This document shows, one piece after another, positions 1-8,029 of a DNA stretch of 24,353 nt (the first letter of the stretch is position 1; each line of letters starts with the position of its first letter). Below the pieces are notes generated by a model. That model saw nothing but the letters and a program-made list of their open reading frames with translations, ran no database searches and had not been told where the DNA came from. Source of the DNA: an uncultured Candidatus Saccharibacteria bacterium (GTDB lineage: Bacteria; Patescibacteriota; Minisyncoccia; Phycocordibacterales; UBA918); contig CAZKXF010000001.1 in the NCBI GenBank assembly GCA_964556805.1, forward strand, positions 1 to 24,353, written 5' to 3'. Both the position numbers and the translations under genes were made by a program.

Positions 1-38
1 TAATGAGTAGGTCGTCGGTTCGAATCCGACAGGTGGCT
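1..38 (+). tRNA. 3' part of a tRNA, truncated by the window start; probably tRNA-Thr
   Basis: Reads as T36-AA, anticodon stem 3' strand TGAGT, variable loop AGGTC, T arm GTCGG-TTCGAAT-CCGAC, acceptor 3' strand AGGTGGC, discriminator T; CCA not encoded. An implied 5' GCC acceptor start, U36 and U73 fit tRNA-Thr. The first two anticodon bases lie outside the window, so identity is inferred. Confidence 0.75.
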
Positions 39-71
39 CTCAGATTTGAAGAGCAGAGAAACACGGGTGGT

Positions 72-101
72 TAATGAGTAGGTCGTCGGTTCGAATCCGA
101 C
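72..101 (+). repeat. Exact 30-bp second copy of the tRNA 3' segment (positions 1-30)
   Basis: TAATGAGTAGGTCGTCGGTTCGAATCCGAC occurs at 1-30 and 72-101. The flanks diverge (AGGTGGC vs CGAGGCT) and no matching acceptor stem exists for the second copy. Confidence 0.9.
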
Positions 102-110
102 CGAGGCTTC

Positions 111-1706
111 ATGGAACGAGACGTACAGAACGGTCACCTCTTGCCGTACGCGCGACGGAAAGATTTTAAGGTAGGACGTGCCGCCGAACTCTCGGGACGA
201 GACCGCTGGGTCTACCGAGCACTTGAGGTGCTGCCTGGGGCGCTCTCTTGGGCAACGCTCGTCGGCGTCATTGTTGCATCGGTGTACTTTCCGATTTTTG
301 CCGCATACTTTATCATCGCCTTTGCTCTCTATTGGCTCCTCAAGACTCTCTTTCTCTCCATCCACCTCCGACACAGCTGGAAGCGGATGCGCCACACGCT
401 GGCGTTGCCGTGGCAAGAGATGCTTGCGCCGCTGAAGCACGAGCACCTCTACCACCTCATTATTCTGCCGTTCTACAAAGAGCCAGAGGAGGTGATCGAC
501 GCAACCATACGATCGCTCAATACAGCTCACTACCACAAGAAGCGCATGAGCATCGTGCTCGCTGCGGAAGCGCGCGCCGGAGAAGGGGCGGTTGCAATTG
601 CGCGACGTATCCAGGAGCGGTGGCAGGACACCTTTGCGCACTTTATTGTTACCGTACACCCCGACGATATTGTAGGGGAGATGCCTGGCAAGGGATCGAA
701 TGCCAGCTGGGCGGTAGAAGAGGCGCGTGGCGCGCTGCTCGATGGCCACCACATTCCGTATGAAGACGTGATCGTCTCGATCTTTGACGTCGATACGGTA
801 GTCTACCCCGACTACTTCAACTGCTTGACGTGGAATTTTCTTACCGCCGAAAAGCCGTACAAAACTTCTTTCCAACCAATCCCGATTTTCAATAACAACG
901 TGTGGGAAGCGCCAACGCTCTCTCGCATCGTGGCGATGTCGAGCACCTTCTGGGAAATGATCCAGCAGGAGCGGCCCGAACGCATGTCGACCTTCTCATC
1001 GCACTCCGTGAGCTTCAAAGCGCTCTACGAGGTCGGGTACTGGCAGACCAACATGGTGAGCGAAGATTCCCGCATCTTCTGGAATCTCTACGTAGCGAAC
1101 GACGGTGACTACCGCGTGGTGCCCCTCTCGTTTCCGGTATCCATGGATGCCAATGCCGCTCCGACACTGTGGCAGACTGTCAAAAATATCTACAAGCAGC
1201 ACCGCCGGTGGACCTACGGCGTCGAGAACTTAGTCTACATCGCCTTCCACTTCACGAAAAATCATCGGATTCCACTCGGGCAACGGCTCAAGTTTGTCCT
1301 CATTCAGCTTGAGGGACACTGGTCGCTCGTCACGAATCCCATCATGCTCTTCATTCTTGGCTGGGCGCCGATTTTCTTAGGGAGCCGTGCATTCCATGAA
1401 ACAATCCTCTCGTACAACCTGCCGATTGTCGTACGCAATCTGCTCATTTTTGCCATGCTCGGTCTCGTGGTATCGGCGGTCATCTCACTCTCCCTCCTGC
1501 CTGCGCGGCCTCAGAACCGTAGCCGGTTCATGTACGTGGTGCTTGCGCTCCAGTGGGTGCTCGTGCCGGTGACCATGATTGTCTTTAGTGCGCTGCCGGG
1601 CTTGGACGCACAGACCAGGCTTGCACTGGGGCGCTACCTGGGATTCTGGGTGACGCCAAAAATGCGATCGGCGCGGACGGCGGTGCGTGCTACCATAGCC
1701 TCGTAG
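111..1706 (+). CDS. Membrane-embedded family 2 glycosyltransferase (processive synthase-like)
   Basis: 531 aa; N-terminal TM pair, GT-A motifs (IILPFYKE, GKGSN, FDVDT as DxD, SEDSRIF as ED, QHRRW as QxxRW) and several C-terminal TM helices. Confidence 0.85.
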   Translation: MERDVQNGHLLPYARRKDFKVGRAAELSGRDRWVYRALEVLPGALSWATLVGVIVASVYFPIFAAYFIIAFALYWLLKTLFLSIHLRHSWKRMRHTLALPWQEMLAPLKHEHLYHLIILPFYKEPEEVIDATIRSLNTAHYHKKRMSIVLAAEARAGEGAVAIARRIQERWQDTFAHFIVTVHPDDIVGEMPGKGSNASWAVEEARGALLDGHHIPYEDVIVSIFDVDTVVYPDYFNCLTWNFLTAEKPYKTSFQPIPIFNNNVWEAPTLSRIVAMSSTFWEMIQQERPERMSTFSSHSVSFKALYEVGYWQTNMVSEDSRIFWNLYVANDGDYRVVPLSFPVSMDANAAPTLWQTVKNIYKQHRRWTYGVENLVYIAFHFTKNHRIPLGQRLKFVLIQLEGHWSLVTNPIMLFILGWAPIFLGSRAFHETILSYNLPIVVRNLLIFAMLGLVVSAVISLSLLPARPQNRSRFMYVVLALQWVLVPVTMIVFSALPGLDAQTRLALGRYLGFWVTPKMRSARTAVRATIAS

Positions 1707-1714
1707 CCTTGCGT

Positions 1715-2659
1715 ATGGCACCGTATCCACACCTCATGCCGCTCTCGCGCACACGCCGCCGTCTCTACTTCGGCGGCCTCCTTTTGATTTTCCTCATTGC
1801 CGTCCCCATTCTCTTTCTATATGCCACCGGCTACCGCTTCGGGGGATTCAACACGCTCGTCAAAACAGGCGGCATGTACATCGGCGCAGAGCGAGCGGGG
1901 GCACAAATCTATATAGACGATACGCTCATACGAGAGACCGGCACCTTCCGTCGAGCATTTTTTGTGCAAGACCTCGAACCTGGCACCTACACGGTACGCA
2001 TTACGAAAGAGGGGTACCACCCGTGGGGAAAGACACTCACCGTGTATCCGCACATTGTCACTGAGGCACAGGCCTTCAACATGCCGCTCTCTCCGCTCCT
2101 CACGCTCATTCCTCCCTCTATCGCCACGCCGTCTTCAAGCACCTCGACCGCCCCTACGATGCCGAATCCCGTCTACGAACGCATCTACCAAGCCTTTGCG
2201 ACAACGAGCGCAACGAGCACCATCGACGTCGTGCCGCCCCGCCGTACGCTCCAAGTCGAAGGGCGTTCCGCCCTCAGTGCAGATGAAGAACTCGCGGTTG
2301 CGACGACAACGAAAGAGTTTGGTGGCATGCGCCTCTACGAAACTAAGGATCTCGTGATTGCGCGGTGGGTGCGGGGGGAGAGCGAAATTCCTTACTACTT
2401 CTGCATACCGGACCGTCCGTGCGCGAGCGAGATTCCCCTCAACACCAAGGGGGCAAAGTCCTCGTACTTCGACTTCTTTCCGGGAAGTAGGGATCTTGTC
2501 GTCGTCACGCTCCCTGACGGGGTGTACGTTACCGAACTCGACAACCGATCGGGGCAGAACATTCAGCCTATCTTTATAGCCGAGGGCGCGGATTTTCGCA
2601 TTGTCGACGGACAGATCTACGTGGCGCTCGAAAAGCGTCTCTACGAGCTCGAACTTTAG
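1715..2659 (+). CDS. Membrane-anchored PEGA-domain protein
   Basis: Basic N-terminus, one TM helix (LYFGGLLLIFLIAVPILFLYA), PEGA-like segment (GAQIYIDD...QDLEPGTYTVRITKEGYHPW), Ser/Thr/Pro linker, beta-rich C-terminus. ATG 1715 preferred over TTG 1709. Confidence 0.7.
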   Translation: MAPYPHLMPLSRTRRRLYFGGLLLIFLIAVPILFLYATGYRFGGFNTLVKTGGMYIGAERAGAQIYIDDTLIRETGTFRRAFFVQDLEPGTYTVRITKEGYHPWGKTLTVYPHIVTEAQAFNMPLSPLLTLIPPSIATPSSSTSTAPTMPNPVYERIYQAFATTSATSTIDVVPPRRTLQVEGRSALSADEELAVATTTKEFGGMRLYETKDLVIARWVRGESEIPYYFCIPDRPCASEIPLNTKGAKSSYFDFFPGSRDLVVVTLPDGVYVTELDNRSGQNIQPIFIAEGADFRIVDGQIYVALEKRLYELEL

Positions 2660-2667
2660 TCGTTTTC

Positions 2668-2676
2668 TGCTATCAT
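2668..2676 (+). promoter_or_regulatory. Putative extended -10 promoter of pheS-pheT
   Basis: TGC-TATCAT ending 7 nt before ATG 2684; no clear -35. Confidence 0.45.
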
Positions 2677-2683
2677 GGCCCGT

Positions 2684-3400
2684 ATGTCCGCCACTACTCC
2701 TGGCCACCTCCACCCAATCTCGCGGATGATCCGCGAGATCAACGGCATTTTTGCCGAGCAGGGATTCGTGTTCGCAGAAGGACCAGAGATGGAAGAGGTA
2801 CGCTACAACTTCGACCTCCTCAACGTACCCCAGGATCATCCTTCCCGCGACATGCAGGACACCTTCTACGTTGCAGGCAAGCCGGACGTGGTGCTCCGGA
2901 CGCACACCTCGCCGGTGCAGGTTCGCTTCATGCTCTCGCATGAACCGCCGATCCGCATGATCTGTCCGGGCAAGGTGTTCCGGAACGAAGCAACCGACGC
3001 GACGCATGAGGCGCAGTTTTTCCAACTCGAAGGACTTGTCGTCGACCGCGATACATCACTTTCGCACCTGAAAGGAACGCTGGAGTATTTTTTCTCGAAG
3101 TTTTTCGGAGGCGAGGTGTCGGTCCGATTTCGTCCGAGCTTCTTTCCCTTTGTGGAACCGGGCGTTGAAGTGGATATGAAAATCGATATGCCGGGCAATA
3201 AGCTCTCGGGTAGGTGGATCGAGATGATGGGTGCCGGTATGGTGCATCCGAACGTGCTTCGCGGCGCGGGGATTGATCCCGACGTCTACCAGGGGTTCGC
3301 CTTCGGCATGGGTATCGAACGGCTGGCGGTCCTCAAGTACGGCATCGACGACATTCGCCTTATGTACTCAGGCGACCTGCGGTTCGTTAACCAATTTTAG
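2684..3400 (+). CDS. pheS: Phenylalanine--tRNA ligase alpha subunit, short form without the N-terminal coiled coil
   Basis: GHLHP, HPSRDMQDTFY, LRTHTSPVQ, GKVFRNE, FRPSFFPFVEP, GFAFGMGIERL. ATG 2684 chosen because ATG 2675 overlaps the putative -10. Confidence 0.97.
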   Translation: MSATTPGHLHPISRMIREINGIFAEQGFVFAEGPEMEEVRYNFDLLNVPQDHPSRDMQDTFYVAGKPDVVLRTHTSPVQVRFMLSHEPPIRMICPGKVFRNEATDATHEAQFFQLEGLVVDRDTSLSHLKGTLEYFFSKFFGGEVSVRFRPSFFPFVEPGVEVDMKIDMPGNKLSGRWIEMMGAGMVHPNVLRGAGIDPDVYQGFAFGMGIERLAVLKYGIDDIRLMYSGDLRFVNQF

Positions 3401-3402
3401 CG

Positions 3403-5304
3403 ATGAACATTTCCCGTAACTGGCTCCAGACATTTTTTGACACCCCGCTGCCCGATGCGGCGTCACTTGCAGAGCTGCTCACCTTCCACTCGTCTGAAAT
3501 TGAATCGGTGATCGACGGAGAAGGCGATACGGTACTCGACGTAAAGGTTTTGCCCGACAAATCGGCATGGCTGCTCTCGCACCGCGGCGTGGCAAAAGAG
3601 CTATCGACGATGCTCAGTCTGCCGCTTGCCGATCCGCTGCAGCAAGAGCTCCACCTTACACCAGATGCGGCGTCGCTCTCCGTGGTGCTCGACACCCCGC
3701 ACGTTCTTCGCTACGCAACAGCCGTGGTTCGCGGCGTACGGGTAGGGGAATCGCCCGAGTGGCTCAAAACGCGCCTTGCGGCTGTCGGACAGCGATCGAT
3801 CAACAACGTGGTCGATGCGACAAACTACGTGATGTTCCATATCGGACAACCGCTGCATGCTTTTGATGCAGGCAAGCTCGCTGTGCAGGAGGAGCGATGC
3901 CGCATCGGCGTGCGGCAGGCACGTGCGGGGGAGTCTATTGTCACGCTCACCAATGACCGCTACGAACTCACTGCAGCGGATATGGTCATCATCGACGGCG
4001 TGACAGACGTTCCGATCGGCATCGCGGGGGTGAAGGGTGGACAGCGAGCGGCGGTGGATGCACATACCACCGACCTTATCATCGAGTCGGCTAACTTTGA
4101 CCGAGTTGCCGTACGTAAGACCTCGCAGCGGCACAAGCTGCGTACCGATGCATCTGTGCGGTACGAGAACGGCGTAGTACCGGAGCTCGCAGGCTACGGG
4201 CTCGCGGAAGTCGTGCGACTTATCTGCGAGATCGCGGGAGGCACGCTCGAGGGCTACGTTGATGTCTTTCCGTATCCCCGCACCTCGCACCCTGTCTCTG
4301 TTTCGCTCGAGAAGCTCAACAGCGTACTCGGTGTCTCGCTCACTACTGCCGAGGTAGCGGATATCATCGGGCGGTTTGGGTACCACGCTACGTGTACGGA
4401 CAGCGTAGTGACCGTCGTACCGCCCTTTGAGCGTGATGACCTAGCTATTCCAGAGGATCTCGTCGAAGAAATTGGACGCATGTACGGCCTTGAGCACGTG
4501 CCCTCGCGTCCGCTTGCGGCCCGGCCCCTGACCGAGTACAACAAGCGATTTTTCTATGCTGAAGAGGTGCGCGATGCGCTCCTTACGCTTGGCTTTTCAG
4601 AAGTCTACACGAGCTCGTTTCGTAGTCGCGATACGGTGGAGCTCCAAAATGCGCTTGCGGCTGACAAGGGGTGCTTGCGCAGCAACCTACGCGAGAACTT
4701 GGATGAGGCGCTCTCCCGCAATGTTCTCAACAAGGATCTGTTAGGCCTTGCGCAGATCGCGATTTTTGAAATCGGCACGGTGTTTGATGCTGAGGGCGAG
4801 CACGTCGCCCTTGCTCTCGGGGTACGCGCCGGGCAGGCGTATAAGGCGAAAGACGATGACTCGCTTCTCGATGCTGCGCTTGCTGCAATCGAGGGGGTGG
4901 TGGGTGCAGAGCATGTGGAGCGCACAGAGGGAATCGCGGAGATCGACTTTGACGCAGCGATTGCCGACCTGCCCGAGCCTGCGGCGTACGCGCCGTATAA
5001 GCGAACGGAAGGGGATGCGACCTACGTACCGTTCTCTCCGTACCCACACATTACGCGCGACATTGCCCTGTGGGTGCCGACCGACACCACTGCAGGAGAG
5101 GTGGAAGGAATGATTCGCGAACGTGCGGGTCCCCTGATGGTGCGACTTGCTCTCTTCGATGAATTTAAGAAAGAGAATCGAACCTCCTACGCCTTTCGGC
5201 TTGTCTTTCAGTCGCATGAAACAACGCTCACCGACGCCGAGGCGAATGCCATCATGGACGGCATCACCGCGGCAGCGGGTGAGCGGGGCTGGGAGGTGCG
5301 ATAA
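3403..5304 (+). CDS. pheT: Phenylalanine--tRNA ligase beta subunit, compact form (633 aa)
   Basis: MNISRNWL start, B3/B4 editing motif INNVVDATNYVMFHIGQPLHAFD, B5 motif DLVEEIGRMYG, C-terminal anticodon-binding domain (ITRDIALWV...SYAFRLVFQSHETTLTD); directly follows pheS. Confidence 0.96.
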   Translation: MNISRNWLQTFFDTPLPDAASLAELLTFHSSEIESVIDGEGDTVLDVKVLPDKSAWLLSHRGVAKELSTMLSLPLADPLQQELHLTPDAASLSVVLDTPHVLRYATAVVRGVRVGESPEWLKTRLAAVGQRSINNVVDATNYVMFHIGQPLHAFDAGKLAVQEERCRIGVRQARAGESIVTLTNDRYELTAADMVIIDGVTDVPIGIAGVKGGQRAAVDAHTTDLIIESANFDRVAVRKTSQRHKLRTDASVRYENGVVPELAGYGLAEVVRLICEIAGGTLEGYVDVFPYPRTSHPVSVSLEKLNSVLGVSLTTAEVADIIGRFGYHATCTDSVVTVVPPFERDDLAIPEDLVEEIGRMYGLEHVPSRPLAARPLTEYNKRFFYAEEVRDALLTLGFSEVYTSSFRSRDTVELQNALAADKGCLRSNLRENLDEALSRNVLNKDLLGLAQIAIFEIGTVFDAEGEHVALALGVRAGQAYKAKDDDSLLDAALAAIEGVVGAEHVERTEGIAEIDFDAAIADLPEPAAYAPYKRTEGDATYVPFSPYPHITRDIALWVPTDTTAGEVEGMIRERAGPLMVRLALFDEFKKENRTSYAFRLVFQSHETTLTDAEANAIMDGITAAAGERGWEVR

Positions 5305-5318
5305 AAGCAGATGGTGCT

Positions 5319-5840
5319 ATGAAAAGAAAGTATCTCGTTACCGGTGTTGCAGGATCAGGAAAGACTTCGCTGTGCAGGGCATTAGAACAGATGAGCTACG
5401 AGGCGTACGATATTGAAGATATCGAAGGAATGTTTGCCATGTATCGAAAAGATACTGGCGAACTCTATGTTGATTATGAGAACGGTGATCCGGAAAAAAT
5501 AAAAAACTCCGAATGGCGCTGTCATGTAGAGAAGTTGCAAGATCTATTAAGTCGACAGAAGAGCGAGCGGGCATTTTACTGTGGTGTTGCCTCGAATATG
5601 GACGACCTCTTTCCTCTCTTTGACAAAGTGATTGTGTTGTCTGTTAAGTCGGAAGCGCTCCATGCGCGTCTTTTGTCTCGGGAAGGAACGGAAGATATGG
5701 GAAATACTGAAGAAAGCCGACAGATGGTACTCGGATGGAAAGCATGGTGGGAAGAAGAGATGGAGAACAAAGGTGCCATCGTTGTCAAGGCCGAAGGAAG
5801 TCCTGTCGAGGTGGTTCAGCGGGTCGTTCGAGCGCTCTAA
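5319..5840 (+). CDS. Small P-loop NTPase / nucleotide-kinase-like protein
   Basis: 173 aa; Walker A GVAGSGKT near the N-terminus and a kinase-like lid segment (LHARLLSRE). Substrate not assignable. Confidence 0.7.
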   Translation: MKRKYLVTGVAGSGKTSLCRALEQMSYEAYDIEDIEGMFAMYRKDTGELYVDYENGDPEKIKNSEWRCHVEKLQDLLSRQKSERAFYCGVASNMDDLFPLFDKVIVLSVKSEALHARLLSREGTEDMGNTEESRQMVLGWKAWWEEEMENKGAIVVKAEGSPVEVVQRVVRAL

Positions 5841-5846
5841 TTTGAA

Positions 5847-5875
5847 GCGACAAGTAACGGTTTCTTTGCTAGAAT
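5847..5875 (+). promoter_or_regulatory. Putative gyrB promoter
   Basis: GCGACA-N17-TAGAAT with extended TGn (5867-5869). Confidence 0.4.
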
Positions 5876-5887
5876 AGGAGGTACAGT

Positions 5888-7963
5888 ATGCCGAAGAAAG
5901 GGTCGGAAAAAGAGACTAAAAAGAGCTCGTACAGCGCCTCTGCCATTACCGTTCTGGAGGGTCTCGATCCGGTGCGCAAGCGCCCCGGCATGTACATCGG
6001 TACCACCGGTACCGATGGTCTTCACCACCTCATCTGGGAGGTGTTCGATAACTCGCGCGATGAGGCGATGGGCGGCTTTGCCGACCGTGTGGAGGTAGCG
6101 CTCTTGCCCGGCAACCGCGTACGCGTGGTCGACAATGGTCGCGGTATTCCGGTTGACATCCACAAGCAGACGAAGGTCTCTGCGCTTGAGACTATCATGA
6201 CGACGCTGCACGCTGGCGGCAAGTTTGGCGGAGAAGGGTACAAGGTTTCGGGCGGCCTCCATGGCGTGGGCGTCTCCGTGGTGAACGCGCTCTCAACCTA
6301 CGTGCGCGCCGACGTGCATCGCGACGGCGGCCACTACATGCAGGAGTATGCAATCGGCAAGCCAAAGAACAAAGTAAAAAAGCTCGCGAACTCCACGCAG
6401 CAGGGCACCATCATTACGTTTGAGCCGGACATCACAATTTTCAAAGAAATTTCATTCGACTGGAACCGCATCGTTGCGCATCTTCGCCAGCAGGCCTACC
6501 TCGTGAAGAGCATGCACCTTGCGGTGATCGACGCGCGGGAATTCTCCGGAATGCTCGACCTCTCGGACGTCTTCTACCTCGCCGATGAAGACATTGAGGT
6601 GCCGTCGCAGACCTTCTACTTCGAAGGGGGTCTGCGTTCGCTCGTTGCGTTTCAAAATCAGCACCAGAAGCCCATCCACCGGAACATTTTTTACGTGGAA
6701 AAGGAAAATATCGACAGCGCGGTGCTGTCGGTGGAGGTGGCGCTGCAGTACGTCGACGATATCTCGGCGCGCATGACGGCCTTTGCGAACAATATCTACA
6801 ACCCCGAGCACGGTACGCACGTCACGGGTTTCAAAACTGCGCTCACCCGCACGCTCAACAGCTACGCGCGCAAGAACAACCTCATCAAGGAGAAGGACGA
6901 ATCGTTTACCGGTGAAGATGTACTCGAAGGTATCACGGTGGTGATTTCGGTGAAGATGCCGGAGATACAGTTTGAGGGGCAGACGAAGGGGAAGCTCGGA
7001 TCGGTGGAGGCGCGCGGCGCCGTCGAGTCCGTGTTCTCAGAGGCCTTCTCCACTTTCCTCGAGGAGAATCCCGATGATGCTCGCGCTATCATCGGCAAGG
7101 TGGTGATCGCGGTAAAAGCCCGCAAGGCCGCGAAAGCAGCAAAGGACAGCGTGCTCCGCAAGGGTGCGCTCGACGGCATGACGCTTCCGGGCAAGCTTGC
7201 CGACTGCCAGACCAAGAGCGCCGAGGAATCGGAGCTCTTCATCGTAGAGGGAGATTCCGCAGGCGGTTCGGCGAAGATGGGGCGGGATCGCCGTACGCAG
7301 GCCATTCTGCCGCTGCGCGGCAAGATTTTAAACGTCGAGCGTACCCGTATCGACAAGATGCTCGCCTCTGAGCAGATCAAGAATCTGGTGGTGGCACTGG
7401 GCGCCGCGATCGGCGACGTCTTCGATATCTCGAAGCTTCGGTACCACAAGATCATCATCGCCACCGATGCCGATGTCGACGGCGCGCACATTCGCACGCT
7501 CCTTCTCACGCTCTTCTACCGCTACTTTAAGCCGGTGATCGACGATGGCTACCTCTACATCGCCCAGCCACCGCTCTACAAGATTCAGAAAGGCAAGGAG
7601 GTATTCTACGCGTACAACGATGCCGAGAAGGCCTCGATCGTAGGAACAGCAGCGCCAGAAGAGACCGTCGAGGAGACGGCTGCGGAAGACGAGCCCGTTG
7701 CTGAGGGTGGAGAGGAAGAGACTGAGGAGGTGACGGCAAAGAGCGCGAAGGTGCGCATCCAGCGCTACAAGGGGCTCGGTGAGATGAATGCCGAGGAGCT
7801 GTGGGAAACGACGATGAATCCGGCAAACCGAGTGCTCAAGCGCGTGCGCGTCGAGGATGCGCAGGATGCTGACAAGGTCTTCGACATCCTCATGGGCACG
7901 GACGTCGGCAACCGCAAATCCTTCATCCAGTCAAACGCCCACATGGCGAATTTGGATATCTAG
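5888..7963 (+). CDS. gyrB: DNA gyrase subunit B (type IIA topoisomerase B subunit)
   Basis: LEGLDPVRKRPGMYIG, EVFDNSRDE, DNGRGIP, SGGLHGVGVSVVNALS, EGDSAGG, PLRGKILN, TDADVDG, QRYKGLGEMN, C-terminal NLDI. ParE cannot be fully excluded without a tree. Confidence 0.93.
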   Translation: MPKKGSEKETKKSSYSASAITVLEGLDPVRKRPGMYIGTTGTDGLHHLIWEVFDNSRDEAMGGFADRVEVALLPGNRVRVVDNGRGIPVDIHKQTKVSALETIMTTLHAGGKFGGEGYKVSGGLHGVGVSVVNALSTYVRADVHRDGGHYMQEYAIGKPKNKVKKLANSTQQGTIITFEPDITIFKEISFDWNRIVAHLRQQAYLVKSMHLAVIDAREFSGMLDLSDVFYLADEDIEVPSQTFYFEGGLRSLVAFQNQHQKPIHRNIFYVEKENIDSAVLSVEVALQYVDDISARMTAFANNIYNPEHGTHVTGFKTALTRTLNSYARKNNLIKEKDESFTGEDVLEGITVVISVKMPEIQFEGQTKGKLGSVEARGAVESVFSEAFSTFLEENPDDARAIIGKVVIAVKARKAAKAAKDSVLRKGALDGMTLPGKLADCQTKSAEESELFIVEGDSAGGSAKMGRDRRTQAILPLRGKILNVERTRIDKMLASEQIKNLVVALGAAIGDVFDISKLRYHKIIIATDADVDGAHIRTLLLTLFYRYFKPVIDDGYLYIAQPPLYKIQKGKEVFYAYNDAEKASIVGTAAPEETVEETAAEDEPVAEGGEEETEEVTAKSAKVRIQRYKGLGEMNAEELWETTMNPANRVLKRVRVEDAQDADKVFDILMGTDVGNRKSFIQSNAHMANLDI

Positions 7964-7982
7964 TAGTAGCTACTGCTCTCTC

Positions 7983-8027
7983 AACAAAAAGCCCCGCGGC
8001 CTCTGGCCGCGGGGCTTTTTGTTTTTT
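7983..8027. terminator. Bidirectional intrinsic terminator between convergent genes
   Basis: 19-bp perfect inverted repeat AACAAAAAGCCCCGCGGCC-TCT-GGCCGCGGGGCTTTTTGTT with A/T tracts on both sides. Confidence 0.9.
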
Positions 8028-8029
8028 GT

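Noticed and set aside
1-101. 30-bp direct repeats as a CRISPR array
   Set aside because: Only two copies, the sequence is tRNA-derived, and no cas genes are present.
36-110. A second complete tRNA (GCTC..GAGC D-arm-like hairpin plus duplicated T arm)
   Set aside because: No acceptor stem or anticodon stem can be paired for the second copy.
2135-3025. 296-aa minus-strand ORF and other long antisense or alternate-frame ORFs (e.g. 5837-6262, 11201-11899, 12181-12918, 12934-13869, 18250-18978, 20455-21387)
   Set aside because: They are shadows of well-supported genes in GC-rich DNA, with no motifs or independent start signals.
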